Source: Selaginella moellendorffii (Eukaryota > Plantae > Lycopodiophyta). Taken from it: a DNA stretch of 64,000 nucleotides. Each line of letters begins with the position of its first letter. The first letter of the stretch is position 1. Shown one piece after another: positions 63,898 to 64,000 of the stretch. The DNA is taken from the NCBI RefSeq assembly GCF_000143415.4, contig NW_003314336.1, positions 844,853 to 908,852 of the forward strand. Reading direction: 5' to 3'. Both the position numbers and the translations under genes were made by a program. The notes under the pieces were generated by a model that saw nothing but the letters and a program-made list of their open reading frames with translations, was not told where the DNA came from and made no database searches.

Positions 63898-64000
63898 CAA
63901 TGCAGGCGATCAGAGAAATCACGAGCATCATTCTGTCCAGAGGAAGCAGGCTTTGCAATTTCATTGAATGGAAGGATTTGAAAGTCATCTACAAGCGGTA
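63687..64000 (+). CDS. AP-1 complex sigma subunit (partial; runs off the window)
   Basis: ATG-only exon 63687-63689, then IQAVFLVSRQGKVRLQKWY...LCNFIEWKDLKVIYKR. Confidence 0.88.
63864..63894. repeat. (CT)n microsatellite in an AP-sigma intron
   Basis: Seen directly. Confidence 0.9.

Overview
Eukaryotic plant nuclear DNA with very high gene density and very short (mostly ~45-80 bp) introns. Together with an algal-type centrin, this suggests a lycophyte such as Selaginella (inference). Two gene-rich arms (1-25.9 kb and 39.1-64 kb) hold about 22 protein-coding genes: KASII, plastid glutaredoxin, kinesin-5, CUL1, ABC1/COQ8 kinase, TRX z, ATP-PRT/HISN1, two tandem LEA_2/NHL-like genes, a four-CNB-domain PKG-like kinase, centrin, a CBS-PB1 protein, ETO1/EOL, HDS/ispG, CYP38, an uncharacterised TM protein, an RLK-type pseudokinase, FLN, DCD-Kelch, a Harbinger-derived HDP1-like protein, an acidic-tail protein, and a partial AP-1 sigma. 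Between the arms is a ~12 kb AT-rich island of nested LTR-retrotransposon debris, including an intact 719-bp TRIM and three solo LTRs with 5-bp target-site duplications. The most interesting signals are: (i) a cyclic-nucleotide-gated PKG-like kinase with an unrecognised N-terminal domain, head-to-head with a basal-body-type centrin; (ii) a LEA_2 membrane protein with an array of about 7 PP1-docking RVxF motifs; (iii) TRX z and HISN1 start codons only 18 bp apart around a telo-box. Gene models were assembled by eye and family calls come from remembered motifs, not database searches.
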